From an uncultured Flavobacteriales bacterium (lineage in GTDB: Bacteria; Bacteroidota; Bacteroidia; AKYH767-A; 2013-40CM-41-45): 64,000 nucleotides of DNA. This document shows positions 38,613 to 48,950 of this stretch, piece by piece. A program made the position numbers and the translations under genes. Every line of letters starts with the position of its first letter. The first letter of the stretch is position 1. The notes below the pieces were generated by a model. The model did not search any database. It had not been told where the DNA came from and was given only the letters and a program-made list of their open reading frames with translations. The DNA is taken from NCBI GenBank assembly GCA_964544885.1, contig CAZJDX010000005.1, forward strand, positions 19,862-83,861, given 5' to 3'.

Positions 38613-41600
38613 ATGTATTTAAGGATAAAATACTTATTGGGAGCCATCCTGTTCTTCGCGTTGTTCACTGCTGCCGGACAAAAGCCAACGGCTTCAGAAG
38701 CTGAGTTGCGAAAGCAGGCTGATAAGCATTTCGCTGCAGGTAATTTTGTACAGGCTACGCCAATGTATTCGCAATTGCTTAGCCTGTTTCCGCTGGATCC
38801 TGTGCTGAATTACCGTTATGGAGTTAGTCTTATGGAAGCGGGAAAGGAGAAAAGCACTGCCGTCTTGTATCTCGATTTCGCAGTCAGAAACCCGCCGGTA
38901 CCTGATGATGCCTGGCTTTATCTGGGAAGGTCGCATATGATGGCCGGTAATTTCAGCAAAGCAGCTGATGCGCTCAACAAATTCAAGTCGACTCCTTCAG
39001 CTTCCAAGTCCAAAAAGACTGAAATTGATCTCCTCCTTGCTAATTGTAATCATGCACAGGCATTGCAGGCGGACAGAAAAAATATCGCCATCATCAATTC
39101 CCAGGAAATAAAGCGTCAGAATTTTCATACCTCCTATGATTATTCAACCGCACCCGGCAAAATTGTTCCGACTGCGGATCAATTCCTGACTACTCAGGAT
39201 AAGGATAAACAGATCAATCCTGTCATGTTTATGTCGCGTGACGCCCAAACTATTTTTTACAGCAGCTACGGGAGAGGATCTTCAAGCGGAAAGGATATTT
39301 ACAGGGTGAGAAAAATGGTGAACGGTCAATGGGGAACACCAGAAAATCTGGGTGCGATCCTTAATTCGGCGGAACACGAAGATTATCCTTTCCTTGATCG
39401 TGATGGCCGCACCTTATACTTTTCAAGCCGTGGACATTCAAGTATCGGAGGTTATGATCTTTTCAGATCTGTTTATGATTTCAATACAAACCAATGGTCG
39501 CAGCCTGAAAATCTTGGTATACCTCTGAATACAGCCGCCGATGAATTCCTCTATATTCCTGAGTTCAACAGCGATCAGGCGGTTTACTATACCAATTTCG
39601 AAAGTAATGTTTCGGAACTGATAAAACGGACTATCAGCACAGGCAATCAAGGCGGAAAGTTTGCCGTCGTCACCGGAACCTATTATTCTCTTGACCAGGC
39701 AACACGCCGTGATGCCCGCATCAGTGTCTTAAGGGCCAGTGACAAGGCTGTAGTGAATTCTGTGAGGACGGATCCCAAATCCGGAAAATATGAACTGGTA
39801 CTTCCTCCGGGTGAAGATTATACACTCCTTGTGGAAGGAGGCGGATATCTTCCACATGCGGAGAATTTCTCACTTCCCGATCTGGCTGTTTCAGGAATGC
39901 GACAGGAAGTAAAACTGAATAAGGACAAGTCACGCGAACAGATGACCGTATCCAATTTTTTTACACCAGTCAGTGTAAAGGAAGGAGAAGCAAGTCTGGC
40001 ATTCAGAGATACTCCAACAGAGGTCTCTACATCTATACTTGATCTTTCAGAAAATGACAGTACGGGAAAGGTGCCGGTCAGAATTGATGACCAGGTAATT
40101 TATGTAAAAGACCCTGCGGCTGTCAATGAAAGCGCGGACAGGACATCTCTGCCTGTTGAAGCCAGGAGCGTTGCCGACTACGGATTTAATGAAGATATTG
40201 AAAGCAGCGATGACGATGAAGTTGCAGTCGAAGATAAGAAGCTGCCTGGAATTAAGCTGGAGGCAAAAGACCGCTATGATCCGACACTTGCCGAACGCCT
40301 TTCGGATGATGAGATAAGACAGATGGAAGAGGAGAAAGAAAGGGCGATGATCATCGAAGAAGAAGAAAAGAATCCAAACATGATCGTCGATATAAATATT
40401 GACAATGATGAATTGGCACAGATCGCGCTGGAAGACGCGCAATCTCTTGAATCCGATGCAGAGAGCATGAAACTGAGAGCGGAACTTTTAAAAGCAAATG
40501 CCGCAAGTCAGGACAGTCTCGCGCTCACACTGGATGAAGATGCAGAAAGCGTCGCTAAGACGGATCCGCAGAAAAAGGATGAACTCCTCAGTCGTTCATC
40601 TGAACTGAAAGAAAGTGCCCTGGCTATGAACAGGGAGGCAAGTTCACTCTTGTTGCAGGCTTCGATAAAAATGGATGAAAGCCGCTCAGCCAGAAGAGAT
40701 GCGGAAGCAATTCTGAGAAGCCTGGGAAGAGGTGATGAAATCGCTCAATTTAGGGAGAAGGATGATGAATCCGGAAGCGATACGCAGTCAATTAAAGATG
40801 TTCTTGACAGTTCATTTCCTGTAGAAGGTGAAAGTTCTGATCAGGCTTTGAACAAGAACGAAACTCAACTTGCGAATGCCGGGGAGGAAGTTGAATTTCC
40901 GGAGCAGATAGTAAAGGAGAATCAACCTGAACATGCTGGTACTCCCCACATATCAGAGAATGGCATAGATGAAGAGAGCCTGGGTGAGGGTAAGCATGCA
41001 AATATCAGAGTCGCTGAACTTGCTCTGAAGAACGACCAAAGCCTGGCGGAACGGAAGGCTGATGGCCATGATGCAGTTCCTCCGGGTACTGACTCAACTG
41101 GACTTACTCAATATGAAGTAAAAGCTGATTCTGTTTTGAAATCAGGACCACTGTCTGCCGCTGAAAGACAGGTGGATCAACCCGCCCTCGATTCGGAAGT
41201 TCGTAACGATGCCCTGGTTTCAGGTCATCCTGAAAGTAAATCCATAACCGATACGCCCGCTGAAAGCAAAGAACTGAAGAATGAACCGGTCTCAGAAACA
41301 GATTCAGGGGTATCTCCTGTTGAAGGGCAGGCCGGACGGATCGCCATTGATAGAAGAGAAACTGAAGTTCGAGCCGGACAGTCAATTGCGATGAGGAAGG
41401 ACAAACCGTCTGATAATAGCAAGAAGGAGCTGAATGTGACTCCTGCTGGCAAGGAAGCCATCAGCTTGTCAGAAACCCTGAGTAAGGATAGCCTGTTGGC
41501 AACCGCCGGTCAGATTTCTGGGGAAGACAGATTCGCACAATCGGAGATGCAGGATCCGGTTGAAGCAGAGAATACCGCATTTCCTGATTCGCTGTCACTT

Positions 41601-44600
41601 GAAACTTCCGGACTTTCTTTGTCGGGGAATCAAACGCTTCAGCATACTTCCGACAGCATCAGCTTTTCTACAGTCAATGAAGAGAATGATATCAAAAAAA
41701 CGATACAGGATGGGAGAGATACGGTCGAAGGAGATGGGCCTGCCCTGGCTTCGATGGCAGAACCTAACCGCGATACACAAGGCCAGGACATTCAGGAACA
41801 GTCTGTGCAAAGCCATGCCCTGAATTCAGATCCCGGCCATGAGACTCCTGGAAAAGTGGATGCTGAGCAAAAAAGTATCGCGTTGATCTCCGCAACGGAG
41901 GAAAAGGAAGGGAATAGCAGTATTCAGGAAGAGAAAGATTCCTTTGCTGGAACGGGTGTACATACCTTGAACACAGCGGAAGCTGATAAGACTATTAAAG
42001 AGAAAGAAGGGGAAGCAAGCATTCCGGATACGACTCCATCTGACATTGGACTTAGCATGACAGAGCAAGCAGATATCAGGTTGGGTACCCTTGTCACCGG
42101 TGAAACTGTGGCTACATCCAATAAAATCAGCAATGAATTATCCTCCAGGCATGAATCAATCGAAACAGAGAATGTTGGGCGGAGTTCCGAATATGAACTG
42201 AGGAAGACCGATACCGGCACTGTTCAGTATAATTCCGGTCGCACTACAGCTTTTCTTCCTGAAACTCACAAAGCCGAAATTCAAGATGAGGCACGAGTGA
42301 TCTATGAAGCGTTTGAGAGTAATGTGAAGAGTTCGGAAAAATTGTTCAATCAGTCGAGGACTTTGCAGGAAAGAATTCTTGAAATGCCCCGGAGTCCTGA
42401 GCGTGACAGCCTGGTAGAAGTGTCCAATGCATTAAGCAGGGAATCTTCAATGCAGTTCACCATAGCGCAGAGTCAGTTGGAGGATGCCATCGCTCTGGAC
42501 AGCAATCTTTCACTGCTTCTCATCCCTGCCGATGCTGCACGCATTGCTGCGCTTAATGAGTCCTCTGACATGAGTGTCAGCGAACACACTGTTACACCAA
42601 ATTCAGATACCGCTGCTGGGTTGGGAATGAAAACTGTTCAGGAAGATTCGCAAACTGAAATGGCGCTCAGCACGCGGACAACTACCACCATACAGGAAAA
42701 TATAAATCAGGAAGCAACAGCAAAGTCCGCTAAAATGCAAATGCCATTAAGCAGAGCGGTTGAAGAAAACAAACTTCAAACGGCTGATCCGATCCCGCAG
42801 ACGAAAGTCAGTGATCTGGAACAACCAAACAGTGAGGGTTCAGAGAATGATATAACCCGGACACAGGCGAGCGCCGGCGTACAGACTGTAAGGCCTGATC
42901 CGGACAACAATACCGGGCAACATGAGGAGAGTGAAGTAAGTGGACGACAGGGTACAGTTAAAGCTGCAGCTCAAAGCGAAATTAACATTCAGGAGAAGGA
43001 TGATACAGGTGAAAACGCTACTGCAGCTCAAGTTGAAGTATCAGCGGAAGGATTGGATGTAAATCATCCAAAGTATCCGGAATATAAGCAGGTACAGGAA
43101 GAAATCACAAGCAGTCAGGTGGAGACCATAAATCTCTTTGCTGAAGGAGTTAACCTGAATAAGAAATCAGTTGAAGAGAAGCAAAGGCAGGTTGACCTGC
43201 TGGACAGCGCTCAAAAGACCGATGATGAAGTTTTGCGTGCGCAACTCCTGACATCAGCCGCGGATCTTGCATATGAATCGGAAAGGCATCAGGAAGAATC
43301 CGTGGCTAAGCTTGCCATGTCACAAAAGAAAACGCACGAAGTAAAAGCCCTGACTGCGAAAATGGAGGACCTGAAGAAAGAAATCAGTACTGCTCCCGGC
43401 CAAAACAAGGACAATCTTGCTTCAGTGCCGAATGTAGGTTCTCAAATACCGAACAATACAGGACCCAATGCGATCAGCCTGACTGAGAAGAGGGCAAGTA
43501 TGGTGAAAGAAGGAACTGCTGTAAACAAGGTGCCGGATATGAGTGTGGATGAGCTAGCCGAATTCTCCTCCATAAAGTACGGAAACAAACAGGGACCGGC
43601 TTACAGTAAAGTGAACCCGATTCCGCTTGATCCGGGATTACCGGATGGACTTGTATTTAAGATACAGATCGGTGCTTTCCGCAGGCCGATAGCTGATGAT
43701 AGTTTCAGGAATCTTCAACCGATAAGCGCCGAAACGAGCAGACCCGGCTGGCTGCGTTACTGTGTGGGAATGTTTAAAACCTTTGAACCGGCCAACCTTG
43801 TTAGGAAAGAATTGAGGAAGGGTGAATACAAAGATGCTTTTGTCGTAGTTTATTATAATGGTAAAAGGATTTCTCTGCAGGAAGCGAATTCGATCCTGGA
43901 CCGGCAAGGGAATCAAACAGCCTACCTGGGTGAAATGCGGAAAGAAATTTCAGCACTTAATCAGCTTGACGTGATCAAATCAGCTCGCCCGACCACTGTC
44001 AGGGATGAAGATGAAAAGATGTTTTACGGCAATTCAAGTGCACCCCACAGTTCTATTCAGGAAGCTTTCGGCCCGCTTGAATACACGGTGCAGGTAGGGG
44101 TATACAGGAATGAAAAACCACCTTCTGTCCTGGCTGTTCTTGAACCCATCTATACCGAAAGCATCAAGGACGGTTTGTACCGTTTCACTTCCGGTCGTTA
44201 TGAACAGAGGAGCGAAGCAGAGCGGGCAAAACGAATGGCAATAGATGCAGGCGTCAGTGATGCATTTGTGACAACATTCAGAACAAGCAGCAGCAAGGTT
44301 GAATCTGCTCCGGTACCTGCATACCGCGTGGTCGGTTCGGAACAGCTGGAAGCCGTATCCGCTTCTGCGGATTCAAGATCGAAAGGACCGGAAGCAATCA
44401 GTTACAGGGTTCAACTTGGAGCATTCAGACAGAATGTACCATTAGAAATGGTGGATGCATTTCTTTCCATCAGTGATAAAGGGATAGTCAGAATCAGCGA
44501 TGAGAGAGGACTGAACATTTTCTATGCAGGAAATTTTTCTACCTATGAAGAGGCCCGCAGCTTAAAAGATGAGATCATTTCCAAAGGGGTTCAAGATGCC

Positions 44601-44663
44601 TTTGTCGTTTCTTTTTCAGGGACAAAAAGAATTCCTCTGTCTTCAGCTATGCCGGCAGAATAA
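38613..44663 (+). CDS. Giant PorE-like envelope protein: TPR - PD40 beta-propeller - carboxypeptidase-regulatory-like domain - ~1,000-aa acidic disordered linker - three SPOR domains
   Basis: Signal peptide from ATG 38613 (ORF open from 38568). TPR-like helices aa ~40-160. PD40/TolB-like repeats (DYPFLDRDGRTLYFSSRGHSSIGGYDLF). CarbopepD_reg-like (ISVLRASDKAVVNSVRTDPKSGKYELVLPPGEDYTLLVEGGGY). E/D/S/Q-rich low-complexity region ~nt 40000-43250. Three SPOR-like repeats (VFKIQIGAFRR..., YTVQVGVYRN..., SYRVQLGAFRQ...). Confidence 0.8.
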   Translation: MYLRIKYLLGAILFFALFTAAGQKPTASEAELRKQADKHFAAGNFVQATPMYSQLLSLFPLDPVLNYRYGVSLMEAGKEKSTAVLYLDFAVRNPPVPDDAWLYLGRSHMMAGNFSKAADALNKFKSTPSASKSKKTEIDLLLANCNHAQALQADRKNIAIINSQEIKRQNFHTSYDYSTAPGKIVPTADQFLTTQDKDKQINPVMFMSRDAQTIFYSSYGRGSSSGKDIYRVRKMVNGQWGTPENLGAILNSAEHEDYPFLDRDGRTLYFSSRGHSSIGGYDLFRSVYDFNTNQWSQPENLGIPLNTAADEFLYIPEFNSDQAVYYTNFESNVSELIKRTISTGNQGGKFAVVTGTYYSLDQATRRDARISVLRASDKAVVNSVRTDPKSGKYELVLPPGEDYTLLVEGGGYLPHAENFSLPDLAVSGMRQEVKLNKDKSREQMTVSNFFTPVSVKEGEASLAFRDTPTEVSTSILDLSENDSTGKVPVRIDDQVIYVKDPAAVNESADRTSLPVEARSVADYGFNEDIESSDDDEVAVEDKKLPGIKLEAKDRYDPTLAERLSDDEIRQMEEEKERAMIIEEEEKNPNMIVDINIDNDELAQIALEDAQSLESDAESMKLRAELLKANAASQDSLALTLDEDAESVAKTDPQKKDELLSRSSELKESALAMNREASSLLLQASIKMDESRSARRDAEAILRSLGRGDEIAQFREKDDESGSDTQSIKDVLDSSFPVEGESSDQALNKNETQLANAGEEVEFPEQIVKENQPEHAGTPHISENGIDEESLGEGKHANIRVAELALKNDQSLAERKADGHDAVPPGTDSTGLTQYEVKADSVLKSGPLSAAERQVDQPALDSEVRNDALVSGHPESKSITDTPAESKELKNEPVSETDSGVSPVEGQAGRIAIDRRETEVRAGQSIAMRKDKPSDNSKKELNVTPAGKEAISLSETLSKDSLLATAGQISGEDRFAQSEMQDPVEAENTAFPDSLSLETSGLSLSGNQTLQHTSDSISFSTVNEENDIKKTIQDGRDTVEGDGPALASMAEPNRDTQGQDIQEQSVQSHALNSDPGHETPGKVDAEQKSIALISATEEKEGNSSIQEEKDSFAGTGVHTLNTAEADKTIKEKEGEASIPDTTPSDIGLSMTEQADIRLGTLVTGETVATSNKISNELSSRHESIETENVGRSSEYELRKTDTGTVQYNSGRTTAFLPETHKAEIQDEARVIYEAFESNVKSSEKLFNQSRTLQERILEMPRSPERDSLVEVSNALSRESSMQFTIAQSQLEDAIALDSNLSLLLIPADAARIAALNESSDMSVSEHTVTPNSDTAAGLGMKTVQEDSQTEMALSTRTTTTIQENINQEATAKSAKMQMPLSRAVEENKLQTADPIPQTKVSDLEQPNSEGSENDITRTQASAGVQTVRPDPDNNTGQHEESEVSGRQGTVKAAAQSEINIQEKDDTGENATAAQVEVSAEGLDVNHPKYPEYKQVQEEITSSQVETINLFAEGVNLNKKSVEEKQRQVDLLDSAQKTDDEVLRAQLLTSAADLAYESERHQEESVAKLAMSQKKTHEVKALTAKMEDLKKEISTAPGQNKDNLASVPNVGSQIPNNTGPNAISLTEKRASMVKEGTAVNKVPDMSVDELAEFSSIKYGNKQGPAYSKVNPIPLDPGLPDGLVFKIQIGAFRRPIADDSFRNLQPISAETSRPGWLRYCVGMFKTFEPANLVRKELRKGEYKDAFVVVYYNGKRISLQEANSILDRQGNQTAYLGEMRKEISALNQLDVIKSARPTTVRDEDEKMFYGNSSAPHSSIQEAFGPLEYTVQVGVYRNEKPPSVLAVLEPIYTESIKDGLYRFTSGRYEQRSEAERAKRMAIDAGVSDAFVTTFRTSSSKVESAPVPAYRVVGSEQLEAVSASADSRSKGPEAISYRVQLGAFRQNVPLEMVDAFLSISDKGIVRISDERGLNIFYAGNFSTYEEARSLKDEIISKGVQDAFVVSFSGTKRIPLSSAMPAE

Positions 44664-44813
44664 TTTCAGCGTCTGCTCCGGCTGCCTGTCGGTATCTTTG
44701 ATTGGGGATCAGTCCGGAAAAATTTTCGTGTAATTCTCATTCCCTTTCCTGAGTTTTATTTCCAATCCTTCTAATTCTTTTCTTAAATTTGTGGGAAAGT
44801 AAAACTATTCCTT

Positions 44814-45104
44814 ATGATCCGCTTCAACAAAGAAAACGATTTTGAGAACGAGCAAATCGAGGTTACCGATGAGACCACAGCACGTGAACGATCACTGACA
44901 TTGTATAATGATGATGTCAACACCTTTGATTTTGTAATTGAATCACTCGTGGAAATTTGCGAACATGATCTCATTCAAGCCGAGCAGTGTACGCTGATCG
45001 TACATTATAACGGGAAATGTGTTGTAAAAAACGGTACTTATTCAAGCCTTCATCCGATGAGGGTTGCTTTGTGTGACCGGGGACTCTCCGCTGTTATTCA
45101 CTGA
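44814..45104 (+). CDS. clpS: ATP-dependent Clp protease adaptor ClpS
   Basis: 96 aa, conserved ClpS core (YNDDVNTFDFVIESLVEICEH...AEQCTLIVHYNGKCVV). Confidence 0.8.
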   Translation: MIRFNKENDFENEQIEVTDETTARERSLTLYNDDVNTFDFVIESLVEICEHDLIQAEQCTLIVHYNGKCVVKNGTYSSLHPMRVALCDRGLSAVIH

Positions 45105-45129
45105 TAAATCCTGTTTAATTTTTAAACCT

Positions 45130-45927
45130 ATGAAAAAGAAATTCCTTTATTCCATCCTTTTTGTGATGATAATCTCTGCCTGCAGCAGGGTTCCAATCAC
45201 AAAGCGGAAGCAGATGAATCTGCTTCCCGAAAGTGAACTTATGGCGATGAGTCTGACAAGCTACAGGGATTTTCTGAAGACAAATCCTCCGGTATTGAAT
45301 ACTGCAGATGCTGCCATGGTGAAAAGAATCGGTCAAAGGATTTCCGTGGCTGTGACAAAATATATGAATCAGCACGGGCAGGGGAGCAGAATTAAGGGAT
45401 ACAACTGGGAATTCAATCTGGTCAATTCCAAAGAAGCCAATGCCTGGTGTATGTCAGGCGGAAAGGTTGTGGTATATCAGGGCCTCTTACCCCTGACACA
45501 GGATGAGAATGGACTGGCAATAGTGATGGGTCATGAAATTGCCCATGCCGTTGCGAGGCATGGGAATGAGAGAATGAGCCAGGCATTGCTGGCGCAGGGG
45601 ATCGGACTGAGCCTTGACCTTGCGCTCTCCCAGCAAAGCGCTCAGACACGGAATATCTTATTAACCAGTTATGGGGTTGGTTCAACCTTGGGAATACTTG
45701 CTTATTCCCGGACTCATGAAACAGAAGCGGATAAACTCGGCCTGATCTTCGCAGCCATGGCAGGTTATGACCCCCAGAAAGCGATACCCTTCTGGCAAAG
45801 AATGTCTGCAGCCGGTGGCGGAAAGCCACCTGAATTGTTGAGTACGCATCCCAGTGACGAAACACGGATCCGGAATTTGCGCGAGTTCATGCCAACAGCA
45901 ATGAAGTACTATAAACCTCAGGGTTGA
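45130..45927 (+). CDS. M48 family zinc metallopeptidase lipoprotein
   Basis: Lipoprotein signal (MIISAC) from ATG 45130. HEIAHAVARH zinc-binding HExxH motif and downstream E ligand. The ORF track's upstream extension overlaps clpS and is unlikely. Confidence 0.75.
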   Translation: MKKKFLYSILFVMIISACSRVPITKRKQMNLLPESELMAMSLTSYRDFLKTNPPVLNTADAAMVKRIGQRISVAVTKYMNQHGQGSRIKGYNWEFNLVNSKEANAWCMSGGKVVVYQGLLPLTQDENGLAIVMGHEIAHAVARHGNERMSQALLAQGIGLSLDLALSQQSAQTRNILLTSYGVGSTLGILAYSRTHETEADKLGLIFAAMAGYDPQKAIPFWQRMSAAGGGKPPELLSTHPSDETRIRNLREFMPTAMKYYKPQG

Positions 45928-45932
45928 GCTGT

Positions 45933-45961
45933 TTGTAAAAAGAATAATTAATCTATCTTTG
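45933..45961 (+). promoter_or_regulatory. Bacteroidetes sigma-A type promoter for tRNA-Arg (TTG ... 18 nt ... TAtcTTTG)
   Basis: -33 TTG at 45933-45935 and -7 TATCTTTG at 45954-45961, putting the predicted transcription start ~7 nt before the tRNA 5' end. Confidence 0.5.
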
Positions 45962-45974
45962 CGCCCTTTAATAC

Positions 45975-46048
45975 GGACCCGTAGCTTAACTGGATAGAGC
46001 ATCTGACTACGGATCAGAAGGTTAGGGGTTCGACTCCCTTCGGGTTCA
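45975..46048 (+). tRNA. tRNA-Arg (anticodon ACG)
   Basis: Acceptor ggacccg/cgggttc, anticodon stem tctga/tcaga with loop ctACGga, T-loop ttcgact, 74 nt, discriminator A. Confidence 0.8.
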
Positions 46049-46060
46049 CTGGAAATAGAA

Positions 46061-46097
46061 AGGCTTAATGGGTTGCCATTAGGCCTTGTTTTTTATT
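46061..46097 (+). terminator. Rho-independent terminator after tRNA-Arg
   Basis: aggcttaatgg-gttg-ccattaggcct imperfect hairpin followed by TGTTTTTTATT. Confidence 0.6.
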
Positions 46098-46335
46098 CAA
46101 TTTCAATACGTATACGGTCCCTTTTCCTTGTTGTTTTTAACCTGCAAGGGTTCATTCAGGTAAGGGATGGTCTTCTTTGTTGAGGTAAAGCCGCCGGGTT
46201 CTCTTAGTTGCTCACAGGTATTGAATAAATCATTCAGCATAGGTTCGTTAATAAATTCAGTCTGAAACCCGCGTTGCAAAGGGAAAAAAGCCGGAAAGAA
46301 TTTATCTTTGTGTCTTCATAGATCAATCGGAAACA

Positions 46336-47745
46336 TTGGCACTAATTAAATCCATTTCGGGTATCAGAGGAACTATTGGCGGTAAAGCCGGGGAAGGTCT
46401 TACACCTCCGGACATTGTACGATTTACTGCGGCTTATGGCACCTGGGTGTTAAGACGTCAAGGAAAGGAAGCGAAGAAACCGGTAATCGTTATTGGCCGG
46501 GACGCGAGAATCTCCGGTGAAATGGTTCAGAACCTGGTTGCAGGAACCCTGAAGGGGCTTGGATTGGATGTAATTTACCTGGGCCTCTCCACCACACCGA
46601 CGGTGGAAATTGCCGTTACGGAGATGAATGCCGATGGAGGAATCATTATCACAGCCAGTCATAATCCTAAACAGTGGAATGCATTAAAACTTCTGAACGA
46701 GAAAGGTGAGTTTATTTCCGCCGCCGATGGCGAAGAAGTGCTTCAATTGGCCGATGCCAATGCATTCAGTTTTGCTGAAGTCAATAAACTGGGAAGATTC
46801 ACCTCCATTCCCAATTATCATCAGCGTCATATTGAAATGATCCTTTCCCTGCCTCTCGTTGACGTGGAAGCGATTCGTTCCAGAAAATTCAAAGTAGTTA
46901 TCGATTGCGTGAACTCTTCCGGAGGAATCGTGCTGCCTCCCTTGCTGAAAGCCCTGGGTGTGGATGATGTTATCCTCCTTTATTGTGAACCCAACGGACA
47001 GTTTCCTCATAATCCAGAGCCCTTACCGGAACATCTCCGGGATATATCGCTTGAAGTAAAAAAGCACAAGGCTCATCTCGGTATTGTGGTTGACCCTGAC
47101 GTTGACAGACTTGCGCTGATTTGCGAAGATGGTGAGATGTTTGGCGAAGAATATACACTTGTTGCCGTTGCAGACTATATCCTGAAAAACAAGAAGGGAA
47201 ATACCGTATCCAACCTGTCCTCAACACGCGCTCTCAGAGACATCACCGAAAAGGCGGGAGGATCATACTTTGCTGCAGCAGTTGGTGAAGTGAACGTAGT
47301 TGAGGTGATGAAAGCCAATAACGCGATCATCGGCGGTGAAGGTAACGGAGGTATTATTTATCCTGACCTGCATTACGGAAGAGACGCTCTCGTCGGCATT
47401 GCACTTTTTCTAAGTCATCTTGCCAGATCCGGAAAAAGCACTTCAATTTTGAGAGCTTCGTATCCCAATTATCATATTTCCAAAAACAAAATTGAGCTCA
47501 CTGCAGACATTAATGTGGATGAAATTCTGGCAGGCATCAAAACCAAGTACAGTAAACAACCTGTGAATACAATCGATGGTGTAAAGATAGAGTTCGATAA
47601 GGAATGGGTGCATTTACGAAAGAGTAATACGGAACCCATCATCAGGATATACTCTGAGAGCCAGTCGCAGACCACCGCTGAAAAACTTGCACAGAAAATC
47701 ATGATGGACATTAAGGATATGATCAGTGAAAAGCTGATCAGATGA
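46336..47745 (+). CDS. glmM: Phosphoglucosamine mutase/phosphohexomutase
   Basis: 469 aa, phosphoserine loop TASHNP, sugar-binding GGEGNGG, metal-binding DPDVDR. Confidence 0.8.
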   Translation: MALIKSISGIRGTIGGKAGEGLTPPDIVRFTAAYGTWVLRRQGKEAKKPVIVIGRDARISGEMVQNLVAGTLKGLGLDVIYLGLSTTPTVEIAVTEMNADGGIIITASHNPKQWNALKLLNEKGEFISAADGEEVLQLADANAFSFAEVNKLGRFTSIPNYHQRHIEMILSLPLVDVEAIRSRKFKVVIDCVNSSGGIVLPPLLKALGVDDVILLYCEPNGQFPHNPEPLPEHLRDISLEVKKHKAHLGIVVDPDVDRLALICEDGEMFGEEYTLVAVADYILKNKKGNTVSNLSSTRALRDITEKAGGSYFAAAVGEVNVVEVMKANNAIIGGEGNGGIIYPDLHYGRDALVGIALFLSHLARSGKSTSILRASYPNYHISKNKIELTADINVDEILAGIKTKYSKQPVNTIDGVKIEFDKEWVHLRKSNTEPIIRIYSESQSQTTAEKLAQKIMMDIKDMISEKLIR

Positions 47746-47776
47746 AGAGAGGGCAGGTTAAAAACACATCAGAACA

Positions 47777-48913
47777 ATGAGAATATACCTGGATAACGCA
47801 GCAACCACTCCGATGGATCCGGAAGTAGTAGATGCCATGCTTCCTTTTATGAAGGAACATTATGGAAATCCTTCGAGCATCCATTCATATGGAAGGGAAG
47901 TCAGAGCAGCGATAGAATCAGCAAGGAAAACTGTGGCTCGCTTTCTCAATGTTTCACCCTCAGAAATATTTTTTACTTCGGGCGGTACGGAAGCGAACAA
48001 TACTGCGCTGTTTTGCAGTGTAAGAGACCTGGGGATTTCACATGTGATATCATCGCCACTGGAACATCATGCTGTTTTGCATTCCCTGCAGGAACTTGAA
48101 AAAGAAGGAAGGATAAAACTCAGTCTGCTGAATCCTGACAAGCAAGGCAGGCTGAATATGACAGAACTGAAGGAACTCCTGGGAAAGGAAAAGAATACGC
48201 TGGTTTCGCTGATGCATGCCAATAATGAGATCGGCAATTTGTTTCCAATAGAAGAGGTAGCCGCATTATGCAGAGAACATGGCGCGCTGTTCCACAGTGA
48301 TACGGTTCAGACTATGGGACATTATCCCATTGACCTGTCTGCCATCCCTGTGCATTTTGTGACTTGTGCCGCACATAAGTTTCACGGACCGAAGGGTGTC
48401 GGATTTTTGTATATCAATCATAATGTCAGGATTCATCCGTTTATTCATGGTGGTGCCCAGGAAAGAAATATGAGAGGGGGTACCGAAAATGTATATGGTA
48501 TCATCGGACTTGCAAAGGCCATTGAGATCGCCGCTGAGCATATGGAAGAACACAGGAATCATATTCAGGGCTTGAAAGTTTATATGATGAGGAGTCTGCA
48601 GGAGAATATTCATGGAATAGAATTTAACGGGGATCCGGAAGGGAATAGTCTCTACACTGTCCTAAACGTCTCTTTTCCTCCTTCGGAGAATTCAGAAATG
48701 CTTTTATTTAATTTGGATATTTCAGGTATTGCCTGTTCCGGTGGCAGCGCCTGCACTTCCGGAAGTGATGCCGGCTCACATGTACTAAAAGCTATTTATG
48801 GAGAGTCAGAAAGGCCTTCGGTACGTTTTTCATTCAGTAAATACAATACAAGAAAAGAGGTCGACTTTGTTGTTGAAAAATTAAAGGAACTCTATTCCGT
48901 CAAAGTCGGATGA
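47777..48913 (+). CDS. Cysteine desulfurase (NifS/IscS family, PLP-dependent)
   Basis: 378 aa, MRIYLDNAATTP N-terminus, PLP-lysine region (CAAHKFHGPKG) and catalytic Cys loop (SGGSACTSG). Confidence 0.85.
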   Translation: MRIYLDNAATTPMDPEVVDAMLPFMKEHYGNPSSIHSYGREVRAAIESARKTVARFLNVSPSEIFFTSGGTEANNTALFCSVRDLGISHVISSPLEHHAVLHSLQELEKEGRIKLSLLNPDKQGRLNMTELKELLGKEKNTLVSLMHANNEIGNLFPIEEVAALCREHGALFHSDTVQTMGHYPIDLSAIPVHFVTCAAHKFHGPKGVGFLYINHNVRIHPFIHGGAQERNMRGGTENVYGIIGLAKAIEIAAEHMEEHRNHIQGLKVYMMRSLQENIHGIEFNGDPEGNSLYTVLNVSFPPSENSEMLLFNLDISGIACSGGSACTSGSDAGSHVLKAIYGESERPSVRFSFSKYNTRKEVDFVVEKLKELYSVKVG

Positions 48914-48950
48914 GTTCCTTCATTCAGGCAGCCTTCCAAAAAACTATCTT

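Noticed and set aside
39400-43000. Numerous 60-130 aa ORFs on both strands inside the giant PorE-like gene (e.g. 40047-40442 -, 41924-42220 -, 42840-43031 -).
   Set aside because: They lie antisense or out of frame within a long, compositionally biased (GA-rich) coding region. Such regions generate spurious open frames, and none has a signal, motif or plausible start context.
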